A stretch of DNA of 63,736 nt, counting the filler, from Bigelowiella natans CCMP2755 (Eukaryota; Protista; Cercozoa), in the NCBI GenBank assembly GCA_000320545.1. It is 5 parts of 5 records of this genome, joined end to end, with 100 filler letters (N's around TTAATTAATTAA, not from the genome) between each part and the next. Parts side by side here need not be neighbours in the genome. Positions count along the whole stretch, not along the records: positions 37,046 to 62,316 come from ADNK01001588.1; 4 more parts are not named here. One strand, written 5' to 3'. Of this stretch, positions 37,546 through 50,272 are shown one piece after another. The stretch's first letter is position 1; each line of letters starts with the position of its first letter. Under the pieces are notes generated by a model. That model searched no databases, was not told where the DNA came from, and saw only the letters and a list, made by a program, of their open reading frames with translations. Made by a program: the position numbers and the translations under genes.

Positions 37546-38461
37546 TATGCTTCGGCATGACTCTATCTGCAGTATCGTTCCCAGGCACACGTTTTATTCT
37601 TGTAACCTTTAGCTCAGGATCCTTATCCCTTGCCTAGAATATGAGAATAGCAAACAGAAACTACATAAAGATAGATCCTCTCTTGAAGACTTGTAAATCA
37701 TTAATAAGTGCAAAATGGACTACTTACTATAGGAGGCTGAGGAGGATTTTTCGTTTCTAGCCTGTCCTCATACCAATTTCCAACGAGGGCTTTACCTCCC
37801 GAGTATTGATTTTTCATGTCTGATCTTAGCCAAAAAATTTTGCAGTTGTAAGAAACACCTTCGAACTAAAATTTTATCAATGTAAATGGTTTCACTTGAA
37901 CGAGGATGCAGGGGGGGAGCAAGCCGTTGCACCGACAAAAAGAAATCTGAGTGTGCGACAACACCAATTTGATGTCTTCATCGTTAAATAACAAGGATTT
38001 TCAACCTTACTCAGGTTGTAAATTTCTTGCTGTTTTTTAAAGTAAATTTCTTAAACAAATGGACAAAGATAATAGCGACAACCAAAAACATACTCATCTT
38101 TTAAAGAATCTGGATCCATGGATGGATTTTTCATGAAAAGAGAATGATCTCTTGAGACGACTCGTAAATCTGTTGCTATAAAAAATTAAATGTGATTGAA
38201 AAAAGCTTACACTTCTGGCGGGAGAGTGTTCGTCCCCAAAAATCTCACACAAATGTAAATACGAATTAGATCTAACTTTAGAGAAAAATCCATTGCATTG
38301 TTTGTCGCCGTGGAAGATTCGCGGCACATTAGTGGTGGATGATAACCCTATTCAGCTCAAATAAGAAGAAGGGCTTCGTCGAGTAGTCATAGACTTAATA
38401 ATCATACCTCCTTCCCAGCCTTTGTCAGCTTTTGGCATAGAATCAAATGAAGGACTCAGAA

Positions 38462-39474
38462 ATGTCCCACAAGCGCAATGCAGCTCTTACAACGATGTGG
38501 ATCGAATTTGACGTGAGTTACCAACTTGGGTTTACTCTTGGTTGCTTCATGATGTGCATTTTCTTCAGGCATTAGAGAAAGAAATACGGTGCCCCATATG
38601 CCTGAGCGTTTGCGAAAACATTATATCTCTTCCTTGCCACCACTTCTTTTGCGAAGTGTAAGTAAATCGTAACAAAATTCGATGACAATCAGCTTTCTCA
38701 AGTGCCACGCGTTTCCGTTAAACCCTTTTGTTTGTCTCTTTCCGTATTCTTCTTCTTTTCAGGTGCCTCAACGGTTTCAACATACAGCAGGCTAACCCCG
38801 AATCATCTCAAAGCTCCCAGGAGCCACAAAATCATCGACGAAGGAAGAAACGAAAGAAGAGTGCGGCAAATTCACGAATGTGCCCAATATGCAAAGCAGA
38901 GTACAAAAGGAGGAACGTGAGTCTGTTTCATAACTTTAATCTACCAAAGAATTAGATTAATGGCTTTTCTAGGTTGACCTCGATCCTACCCTGAACTCAC
39001 TCTCGAGCTACTACAACGTGCGACTAATTATTTGTTGTTTTGCTGTTGCTGTTGCATGTGTGTTGGTATACTTTGATTCATTTAATGGACCAATTTGTCG
39101 CCAAAACAAAAAATGCTAAAACAAAAATTATGACAAGTTACTTTATCCATGATCTTGGTATCAATCGTACAACAAATGAGGTGTAAATTGTTTTGTGTGC
39201 ATTTTTATTTTTCGATCAACTAAGTTGGAAAAGTTATTCATTTAATGCTGATATCACCTTTTTGTTCGATTTTTTCAGAAACTAAAGAAAGAGCTTCCCC
39301 GCGCTCAAACTCAGGATATAATTCAACGTTTTGGTCTGACTTCAGTTGTTCATTTTAATTTTCCTGGGACATTGTAGAGAGGAAGGCATTAGGGTAGAGA
39401 GTTTGACCATAGATTCTGTGGAACATCTCCACATCTTTGGCGCAAACACACACACCATACATAGTTAAGATGAA

Positions 39475-39564
<90 letters not shown>

Positions 39565-42500
39565 TTTTTACATACTTAGATAGATAATATTATCTACATG
39601 TGATATTTCAGAACTCGAAATCTCACGTCCTTTGAATAGATCATCTAGCAAAGTTTGTACAAAATCCAGCCCAATATCCTCATCGTCATCATCATCCGCT
39701 TGTGAAGCTAAGGGAAGGCCAAAGACATCGCTACGTGTGACTAGGTCTCAGGGAAAGGCAAATACTCTCAGACACCAAAACGAAAATGAAAATGGCAGTA
39801 ACAAGAGGAAGCTGAGGAAAAATCCCGTCAAACACGTGAAAAAGGCAGTATTTTTAGGTGGTGGATCGAAGAAAGGAGGTGAAGAAGCGTCATCAAATGT
39901 CTCTCTTTCTAAGATGCGTTCCTCTCTGAGGAACAGGGGACTGCCGGTACCTTTCGTTGAAAGCCAAGTGTTTGATTTGGAGGGGGATGGTCGTTGCAGG
40001 ACAGAGTCAGAGCAGATTAATACTGGTGAGGGCGATGACTTGCCAAGGGTCAGTTACGTTACTACGTGTTATTGGTGGTCTCATTCAAGAGAGTCTACTC
40101 ATATCTAGGTGTTTGAGACTCAAATTCAAGTTTTCAATGAAACATCTGGTTCTGAGGACGATGACACCAACGATGCTAGTAGTAGAATAGGGGGAAAGGT
40201 ACGTTACTTTATCATTAAAAGTATGCATTACTTTTTGAGGGAGGCGTCTAGTTTTCCTGGCAGACAGTAGAAATTAGAAGTAAAACTGATACTATACTAA
40301 TTTCATCCGCAATTGTCTCAGAAACATCCTCCAGAAAAATGCAAAAAGGCTGCGTCATCTATCGGTGCAGAGGGGCGGTGTACCATCTGCTGGAAGACTA
40401 CGCCCTATGAAGACGATCCCATACTCTCTTGCCAGAGATGCGGTAATGATAATCGCATAAACATTGCTTCATTCAAGAAAAGGGCGACAGTGAATTAATC
40501 CATTTCCTATAAAGTTGTTAAGTATATTGCAAGTTCTTGGTGAAAGTAAGCAATATATACCACAAACACATTTGTTTTTGTTAGGTATGGTGGCCCATCA
40601 AGCGTGCTATGGCGTTTCCGATGAAGACGCTTCGGGAGGCTGGCAATGTGAAAGATGTACCGCTTTTCCGATGGGTGATGAGAAAGGTGGTTACAAAAGA
40701 GAAATATATCATAGAAATAGAGTACAAACACATTCACTTAATGTTAACAGGATATGATGCGAGCTTCGATTGCTGCGTTTGTCCGAATCGAGAGGATGTT
40801 GCACTCAAGCTTACTCGGTAGCAGAATAATTATGTAAACGCACACCATCACAATTAGCACCTAAGATCTAACTGTTCATGATAGTATCCCTCCTCATCTT
40901 GAGTATTGTTAGGAGTGGTGAGTGGATTCATGTATCGTGTGCATACTGGCACACAGGCCCATTATTTGGCGATACGGAGAGACTGACTGATATACATCAT
41001 GTCAACGATATTGAGCCTGATCGGTACTACTACTGCTGGTGGTGGTGGTGTCGCTCCTATTACTATAAATACGTGGCGTGCTCCTATTACTATAAATATG
41101 TATATCATGTTCGTCTTCACTCTTACTAATATTTTCTTGGAAGAAAAAATATATGTTTCAAACTGAAAATCAATCCTTGTTCTATTTGCTACAATTTTTC
41201 CTCCAAGGGGCGATTTGGTTTGTGCGTTTTGTAATGAGCAAGGAGCTTGCCTTCAGTGCTGTTTTGGCCGTTGCGCTGTGTCTTACCATGGTGAATAAGA
41301 TGAATAGGAGAGAAAACTATGGAATTGTAATGTAAATGAGGGAGTGTGAGGGACGTGAGGGAACGAAGAAAGAGATTGAGCAGGAGGGGAAATATATAAT
41401 TTTAATGAAGATGAGGGAACGTGAGAGAACGAAGAAAAATTACGAAAGTAGCCATTCTTTGGTTCATCTATTCGAACGATTTTCCCATTTTCTTTCGTCA
41501 TCATCATACTGCTTCTATCCTGCGAACACAATAATGTAAAGTACCATGTGGATTCCAAAACGGCATCAAATTTGAGCTGCGTGATAGCGGCAAGGGCGAC
41601 GATGTCTACTTCCATTCATTCTGTCACAAGGTAGGTTTGTGCAGTTTAAACTAATATCAATGGTTAATAAATACACTTTAAAACAATTAGTATGTATACA
41701 TGTATGTATGTATGTATGTATGTATGATGAAATATTCGATGGTTTATTCCTGATTCTATGAAAGTTCATAGAATCTGCATGTATGTCTACATGTATGTAT
41801 TTATGTATGTATGTATGTATATGTATGATGGAATATTCGATGGTCTACTCCTGATTCTATGAATAGTTTATAGAATCTGCTACAGATTGAGCAACAACCT
41901 ACGAATCATTGCCATTTAGCAGCAACTTATGAGATTGAGTTGGGAATCATTGCCATTTTGCAACGTAGTATGAGATAGAGTTGAAGTAGTATTTTTTTCT
42001 AAATATATTTTGTCCTTGCTTTCTTTCTCAATTAGCATCAAAAACATAGCAACAAAGTAATCAGCAATAACTCGACGACGGCCCCTGGAATAATAGGAAC
42101 CAGTAGCAGTATCATTCATTCAGATTGTTCGGAGAAGACGAAGAAAAGTCACACAATCGGGAAATCAACACGGCGTTCAAGGCATCATCACCGAAACGAT
42201 AATGCTCCCACGGCAAAGGCCGCAGCTAGTTATTGTAGTAATAGTAAAGCTAGGGGTTCTTCTCATCGTAGTAGTTCTTGTATTGGCTCTAGTAGAAAGA
42301 AGAAGAAGATGATGGTAACAAGGAAAACGACACCAAGCAGATCTTCAAAGCAGCAAAAAAAGGGCAAAATCGGACACAGTATTAACGGAGTTGGCACCAC
42401 ACTTGCCACCGCATTTGGGAAAAAGAAACTTAATCAACAACAATGGTCCGTGTATGTCTAGAGATAGTTTGAGAAAGATAGAGAGGGGGGGGGAGGGGGA

Positions 42501-44908
42501 GAGAGAGGGAGAGAGAGAAGTAAATTAAAAGAGAAGAGGATGAGGGAGAGGTTGCCAGGACGTTGGTAACAGAAACCTTGGTAAAATATCCACTATCACC
42601 TCCTCAACTGGAATATACAGCAAAGATTCAGCAACAATTTCTTCGATTATTGTGTATTATTTTATTTCAGGGGTATTATTACATCAAGCACCGAGGGGGG
42701 AGGGAAAGTCGTTGCATGCACTGGACTGGACCTAGATATGAAGGTCGTCGTCTTACTTGTGTGATGTGACATCAATTATTATATATTTGCAAAACATCAC
42801 ACACACAGAGAGAGAGAGAGAGAGAAAGAGAGAGGGGGGGGGGGGGGTGGAGCTCCCTAATTTACAAGAAGACCATTGTTTTATTTACTAAATTATAAAT
42901 TATATTAGTAGAAACAATCTGATTTAAATCTACCGCAGGAGAAGGTCGCGCGTGCGTGTAAGAGCTTTGGTATGGAGTTGGCCAAGGAAAACAAGCACGG
43001 AATACTGCCTGAACACGTGACACATATCGTCACATCTACGAGGCTACAAGAACATCGGTTCGTCGTGCGTCTGTGTGATATTCTTTGAAGTGTTAGCAGC
43101 AACAGCTATATGTAGTATCTCCATGCATAGCAATAGCAATCCAACAAATACTCTGCTATAACATAGACAATCAGTCTATAGAAGACACACAAACAAATAA
43201 AATGACGACTACTCGATTGTAAAAACGGGAAAAGAGCATGATATACGATGTCCTAGCTCACATAGTAAGCGTTGGTTATAAATAAAATAAAGAAACAAAA
43301 AAAATTAAACATAACATGAACTTGGTACGGGTATTTCGTTGGTAGGTGCGCTGTTTAAAAGCTGAGTAACCACAAGTATTGCTTCTTATATCGTTCTCCT
43401 ACTACTACTGCTACTACTACTTTTTAGGAAAATTGTGGATAAACGAACAATGAAATATTTCCAAGGGCTTATCTTAGGAGCTTCTATTATAAGGTAGGTT
43501 GGTTAGTCATTATAATGATGATGTGTAAACGAGGAGGAGGAAGGAACAGATTAATGTCACATTCTCCATAACATAACCTTACCACTCGAATTCTTTATTA
43601 TGGAAAGGAATATAATTCGCAATATACGTATATAGTACTTTGGATATTCACTATTCTCATAAAATCTATCTATTTTTTAAAATATCAACTACATCGACTA
43701 CCCACATACTTTTAATATTCAAATATTTTACATAAACACACACATACACATTACACATGTAGAGAAAGTGAGTGGGGGGGGAGGGAGAGAATATATATAT
43801 ATATATATATATATATGTATTAATGTGTGTGTGTGTGTGTGTGTGTTTGTGTAATATATATCATTATGTTATGTTAACTTATGGGGGTTGTAATCTTAGT
43901 TTTGAATGGATTGAGGATAGCCTGAAGCATCAACGAATGATGCGTGAGCGCCCATATTTGGCAGCTGGTGACAGTTTTGGCCTCGGTGCTTCGAGGAAAA
44001 GGCAGCCACGAACTAATGATATTAAGGTCGCACTGAAAAGTAATTGCATGCTACAGCGTCTCTGGATTTAAGGATAATTTGCTTGTACATCGTCTAAAGC
44101 GACCAAAATGCATTAATATCTGTTTCCCATATTACAAGATTTTCGAGGACTATATTGTGGTGTTTCTTGGAAATTTTAATGATTCGACACTGCAACCACT
44201 TTTGCGCATTATCCAGATAGCCGGAGGTATGTATATGTATGTATGTATGTATATTTGTATCTTTCTTGCTACTTATGTACGTATGTATGTATCTTTCTTG
44301 CTACTACTCGCCTCAGTAAAATCAATTTTCAGTCGCTGGTGCCTTTTCTTCAGTCGCATGTTCATACTTTTGACTAAATCATTGCTTCTCAGCGTGTTAA
44401 TCTCGTACTTTGGTTAATGTTTCTACTTGTTCTTCGTGAAAGTTTGAAACCACGATATTTTTGGTCTAAGGCACAGGGTACGCTAGACTAAAGCAAGTCG
44501 CCAAGAATAGGAGGAGGAGCACAAAGCAAAAAATGGTTTTCGTATTTGATGCAAACCGACACACAGTGACGGAGAAGGAGAGAGGTTTTGCTAAATCTCA
44601 AAATGCCGATATAGTCGCGGTATCCGAATCATTTTTCCAACGCACTTCCTTCATTCGATAAGTTCTTCAATATTCAATAAAAATATCCTCACACACTCTC
44701 TCTCTCCCTCTCTAACTCCATCTCGTTCTCTCTCTGTCTGTCTGTCTGTCTATGTGTGTGTGTGTGTGTGTGATGTTTCCGATAGCATCTAAGCCGATAT
44801 GCTAATTTTGAGTTTCATCCTTGATTTCAGTTCTCATGGTTATTGGACTCCATTAGCAACATGAGGATAGTGAACTACCGGAATAAAAGAACACCGTTAC
44901 TAGCCTAA
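38462..44908 (+). CDS. BRCA1/BARD1-like protein: RING - PHD/Zn-knuckle/ePHD (PZP) - tandem BRCT, multi-exon
   Basis: RING: EIRCPICLSVCENIISLPCHHFFCE|CL..MCPICK. PHD: CTICW..DDPILSCQRC|GMVAHQACYGV..GWQCERC. ePHD: CCVCPN..ALKLT|SGEWIHVSCAYW..VCAFCNEQGACLQCCFGRCAVSYH. BRCT1: VTHIVTS..KRTMKYFQGLILGASII|SFEWIEDS. BRCT2: IFEDYIVVFLGNF..IIQIAG|G..FSWLLDSIS. Confidence 0.85.
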
Positions 44909-45228
44909 TTGAGGAGGTCGTTTTTTTGCTGTTGTTCTGAGCACCAAGTCGTTCCTTGAGATGCAAACGCGCCATTTTGCATCGGAACAGCAGATTATGA
45001 TTGCTAGTCATTTTGCCATGACACACTTTTGCGCAACTTAACGATTTTCTGTAGCATCATCACATGCATGAACTTCTCGTGCTGCAAGGCTAGAAGGCTC
45101 AATCATGTTTCGTTCGCATCCACGACTTCATTTGACACGATGCACCGTTCGTAATCGCATCATCTGGTGCAGAGGGACACCTGCATGTGCCCGCGCAAGC
45201 AAGAAATCGCATCATCTGCTCTAGTGCT

Positions 45229-48200
45229 TAGAGCTGGGCACAAATGCTGAAAACAAATGCACTTGCAAACATCATTTGAACAAATGATGTTTGTTCAAAT
45301 CAAATGCTTGTTTGCATGAGCTGGAGTGGTGTTTGAACAAATCAAATGTGACTTTGCAAGCATTTGGTGTTTGCAAATAATTTTTCGAAACATTCGCATT
45401 TGTTCAAACCAAATCAAACATCAAACATGTTTGCAAGTGTCAAAAAATGTCAAACATGTTTGCAAATGTCAAATGTGTTTGCAAATGTTTTTGGAAATGT
45501 TTCAAGAAAATCACCAAAATTGAGCTTTTTTGCATGCGTCTAGCGTGGCAAATCATTACCGACATCACTAGCCAAATTTGGCATCGCCTGAGTTTGCGTT
45601 GTCGGTGAGTTTCTGAAGAAAAAGCACCCATCGAACTGCTTCAAAACGGCTTGTTTCGAAACTTTTCGTCTCATTTTTTTTCTGAATTTTGGTTTCAAGC
45701 GAACGCCATTTGACAATTCTCGCAGAGCAAATCCACTTGTGTTCATGCATCCAACAGCAGCAATGCCTAGCAACAAGAAAAGGCAAACATCCATCAACGA
45801 AAGTCTTGCTCCGCGAAGAAAATCCTCGAGGAAGGCTGGGAAACGCAATGTTCTCGAGCAAATGGCAGCAGAAGATGTCAGGGAACTTGCCAGTAGGATT
45901 GAAGGAGAAGGAAAACTTTGCGACGCTGACATCCAAGGGAAAACCAAAGCTGAGCTTGTTGATCATCTAGTCGACTGTCAAGAACGAACATCTTCAGAAG
46001 CAGCACCTCGTGAGCTAAGCGCTGAAGAGAAAATCAACTTTGTGCCAGCATCTTTGAATGTGTGCCCAGGAGAAGGAGGAGACATCATTCATGCAGCAGA
46101 TGTCGTTCAAGGAAATCTCGTCATTGATGAACATCAGTCAAATTTTGAATCCAAAGATGAACACAATTGCAACTTGTCGGATGTCGAAGAAGAAGAAGGT
46201 TTGATGTGTTCAACTTTTTCACATGTTCCATTTCATCATGCAGTCAATGTGGTTCATTGTCATTGTTCATTGTTCATTGTTGATGGCGCGTCAACTTTGA
46301 CATGTTTCTTTGTGACCATTACATGCATGGACAAAGATGAACAAAATCAACAGAGAACCAAAAAGAATTTTGCTAGAAGATCTTGGGCATGGCAGTGGGC
46401 AACCAGGATCAAAGGGTCGAAACCAGAGCGTGCAATTTGTGACATTTGCAACAAGAAGATTTCAGCTGCAACGAATGCACTAGCAAGCCATTTGACCAGG
46501 ACACATCATGAAGCAAAGCAAAGTGCAGGTTCAAATCCTTCAGATTCATTGATGTCATTGAGTGGAGCCTTTTTTCAATCAAAATCTTTGTTTGCAGCTA
46601 CCAAAAGATCCAGATCCAAGTCCATTGTGACTAATTTCTTCAAGGCATCCAATGCAGATCTTTCAAATGAAGCAACAAATGTGATGATCATCGACATCAA
46701 TGCATCATCGATGGTGGAAAAACCTGGGTTCAAGAATTTTTGTGGAAGATTCTTGCCTAAACTCAAACCACCATCACGAAGAAATGTTTCAAGGACACTA
46801 ATGGCAAAATTCACTCTTGCAAAGAAGATGATAGCAGCGGAATTGTCTCAAGTGAAAGGAGGTTCAATCGCTTTGACGACTGATGGCTGGTCCTCCAGAG
46901 CGCAGGACGAGTTTGAAAGCACAACGGCACAACATCTCACCGCAGAGTTTGAGCTGAGGATGCTTCCCATGTCAATCAAGGCTCTCCGAGGATCCAAGAC
47001 TGCTGAAAGGCACAATGGAAACATGGACACAGTGACAGCATGTGTTGCAATGGACACAGTGACAGCACACACATGTGACAACATGTGTGGCATTGCATGT
47101 CCACAATGGGTTGGCTAAAAATGTTCGAGACGAGCTTCTGCCTGTTCGAAGATTGATGAATGCGAAGAAGACATTCACCATCACAAGGGACAACGGAGCT
47201 AATGCAACTGAAGCTTGTGAACTTTCAAAAAGAGATCATGACACAAAGCAACATTTCAGTTGCGCAGCTCATTGTCTGAATCTCGTCGTTGAAGCTGCTC
47301 TGGCTGACAAAATTGTTGTGTCTGACGCATCTGTGGGAGAAATGAATGTCATCGATCAGAAAGAATCTCAGTTGGAATCAATGTTTGTGGACCAAGACAT
47401 GGCTTCTGACCCTTCGATGTTGGTTGGTGGGGATGATGATGGAGATTGCCTCAGCGATCACGCTGTCAACGAACTTGCAAATGCTGGATCATCAATTGAG
47501 ATTGCAATCAAGCGGGTGCGGCAAGTCTGCACACATTTCAGAAGAAGCAACAAAGCCACTGCAGAATTCATGAAATCTCAGCAATCTGATGCAGATGCCA
47601 ATGGCGATGCCAGCAGCAAAGCATTGAAACTGCTAATTGATGTCCCGACGCGGTGGAATTCAACTCACGACGTGTTGCAACGTGCGTGCACCTTGAGATC
47701 TCACATCGGCAAAGTGCTTTCGACGAGCAAATCAAAAATTTCACGAATGTCAATTTCTCCGCACACATGGGAACTGATCGCTCAACTTGTGAAATGCCTT
47801 CAACCACTGAAGCTGATGACCGACGTGTTGTGTTCTGTGAAATTTGTCACATTCAGCGTCGCAGCACCGTTGTGGATGGCAGCAACTTTGAAGTTGAAAG
47901 CTTCATCCGCTGGCATGGGTGCGGATGGAAGCGATGCTCAAAGATTTGCACTGTCTTCAGCAAAGGGTGTGGAATGTTCTTGGAAAACTAGAATCGGGAA
48001 ACCTGAAGTTCCAATCGCTGCCCACTTGGATCCGCGTAGATGCAAACTCAAGTTTGTGCCTGATGAGGAAGCAAGGAAAGCAATTCATTTGAAGCTCATC
48101 GAGCAAGTCAAAGAGGCACTCAAAGCTGAACACATTGAGGCTGAGCAACATGAAGAGTCATTGCATCGCCAAAAGTCAATTGGTGGTGCCGAAGAAGAGA

Positions 48201-49204
48201 AAGATTGCGCGAGCTCATCAAAGGCATCCAAGCTAGAACTGGCATTGGCGACTTGTGAATCGGACAGCGAGTCCGAAGATGATTCGATCAGCAACTTCAA
48301 TGACGAAGATGCACACGCCAAAGCCAGAGCGGAGTTTGAAACTTGTGAGAAAACCACAGCGAGAACTGGAGCCCACGGGGCCACAAATCTTGACATCTTT
48401 GATTGGTGGAGAAAGCATCACAAGAGCTTTCCCAATCTAGCAGTTGTTGCTAGACACTACTTGTCCATGCCAGCTACGTCAGTCGAGTCCGAACGCATCT
48501 TCTCGTTGTGTGGCTTGATGCTGACAGCGCGTCGAAGTGCATTGTCGACAGACACAGCTGAAGCATTGATGATGCTCAACAAATTGTCAAAGTTGAACAG
48601 ATTTTGGAAAGTTCTCAAACACGAGAAAGGCACAGCTGGAGGTTCAAAGTGGAGAAAAATGCAGTTCCTGAGTCTGTGGGGCTGAGTCCTGAGCACGTAG
48701 CTGTGAGCTGTGAGACGGATGCAATGAAGTGATTGAATCTTTTCAATGGCAGCACATCGTGTGTGCGCCATGAGAATGCCACATGCATCCATGTGCGCAC
48801 AGCGTCTGCGCAACAACTGTCATGTCCATCTGCAACAATGAGCATTGTGAAGTTGTGCCTGTGCGATTGTTTGTTCCCTGCTGTCACACGTTGCATGATG
48901 ATGCGCATTGCAAATGCATTGCGATTTGGTCTGTCATGCCGTGCTTTGCGCGCAGCTGCGCGGGAACCTTTTCAAATGTTTCGATCATTTGCAAACAATT
49001 TTCACAGGAAAACATTTGCAAATGTTTTCCGCAAGGAAAACATTTGCAAACATGTTTGCAAATGCTGCTTCTTTTTCGAACATCATTTGAACAAATCAAA
49101 CACCAGTTTCGCGACAGGTAGGCATCATTTGCTCAAATCAAACACTTGTTCAAAAACAAACAAAGGCATTTCCAAATGAAAAAAATCATTTGTGCCCAGC
49201 TCCA
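45229..49204 (+). mobile_element. Full-length hAT DNA transposon (3976 bp), inactivated
   Basis: 18-bp TIRs TAGAGCTGGGCACAAATG (45229-45246) / CATTTGTGCCCAGCTCCA (49187-49204); 8-bp TSD CTAGTGCT (45221-45228) / CTGGTGCT (49205-49212); subterminal CAAAT/TTTG repeats at both ends; internal transposase. Confidence 0.95.
45763..48685 (+). pseudogene. hAT transposase (BED zinc finger, DDE core, C-terminal dimerisation domain) with two dead introns (46199-46330, 47010-47109)
   Basis: BED: RSWAWQW..AICDICNK..LASHLTRTH; TTDGWSS; RDNGAN; CAAHCLNL; DVPTRWNST; LDPR; WW....FPNLAVVARHYLSMPATSVESERIFS. Removing 47010-47109 joins the two ORFs into GSKTAERLAKNVRDEL. Confidence 0.92.
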
Positions 49205-49826
49205 CTGGTGCTGGTCCAATCTAGCAATGCATGTCGCATTGAAGCCGACCGCGCACATCAAGTGTGTTTCTGATGTCGATGAATTTTGCATTGGTGTGTC
49301 TAGATGATTTGCGTCGACACGCAGCACAGCTAGACAACACATCACAACTTGCGAGGAATGAAACCCCGCACATGCGCATGACGGGTTGCGTGAATTTGCA
49401 ATGGATTTTTTGCACCATTCCAGAAATCTTGTCGCTTCCTGCACGTTCCTCTCTGGATCTGCATGCGTGACGAGGCGGACGCATTCAACTGCAGCAACAC
49501 GTCGCGCGCGCGCATCACGTGCACACGTTTCTTCACGTTTTGTGTCAAAAACGTGCCATTTGAAAAATGCGAACACGTGAAAATTCATGCGTGACGATGT
49601 TGGGACACCGCCGCAGCGCTCGCGCATTTGCTCGAAGTGCATCAAAAGCAGTGGCTTGCGTTGCAATCATCACCAAGAGCTGGCCAAGTCCAGCCAGAAG
49701 TGTGAAAATGCAACCATTTTTCTCCAAACAAAGTGCACTTAGGACCAGCTAGGGGACGAAACATTGCATCACTTTTTGTGCAGCTCAAAAAACACACAAA
49801 GTGCGCAAATCGACCAAATCGACAAC

Positions 49827-50021
49827 GCGCACTTCATTTTGGTCCAGCGCAGAGAATTTTTGTCCAATTTCGGATTTTTTTGCAGACTCAGAACCATCAT
49901 GACACTCTGATGAAAGTGGTTGGCACCCCCTCAAAGCTCTGATCCAGACGGTTCGGAACCTGCAAAAAAATCCGAAATTGCAGAAAAAACAACGGGTTGC
50001 TGCGCTAGATCAAAAAGTGCG
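49827..50021. repeat. Foldback/palindromic element
   Basis: Perfect 21-bp inverted repeat CAATTTCGGATTTTTTTGCAG (49865-49885) / CTGCAAAAAAATCCGAAATTG (49960-49980), plus imperfect outer arms gcgcactt..tccagcgcag / ctgcgctagatc..aagtgcgc. Confidence 0.7.
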
Positions 50022-50272
50022 CGCGCATCAATTTGTCACGTTGTGCATGCCAATGCACATCGCTAGCTGCACGTGAGCGTGCACATGCATGCATGTGCAT
50101 TGATGCATGGTTTGTGGATGACGCTTGTGTTTTTGATGCTCTCACGTGTCACTTGCATGATTTTGATCGATTTCACTCAGCAGCACGTGCGCACGCGTGC
50201 ACACAAGCGCCCGCGCTGCAATGAGCGAACGTGGGTGGAGAGCCAGAGAGGAAACTGGCGCATGCTGGCACA

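Noticed and set aside
45240-45520. Short repeated CAAAT/TTTG units resembling an array or CRISPR
   Set aside because: Irregular subterminal repeats of the hAT, mirrored at 48970-49186; no constant repeat-spacer period.
45229-49204. Alternative genetic code, CpG decay or classical RIP as explanations for the Tyr-free transposase
   Set aside because: Neighbouring genes use Tyr normally; CpG is retained; non-coding TSD, TIR and introns show the same change; RIP would increase TpA.
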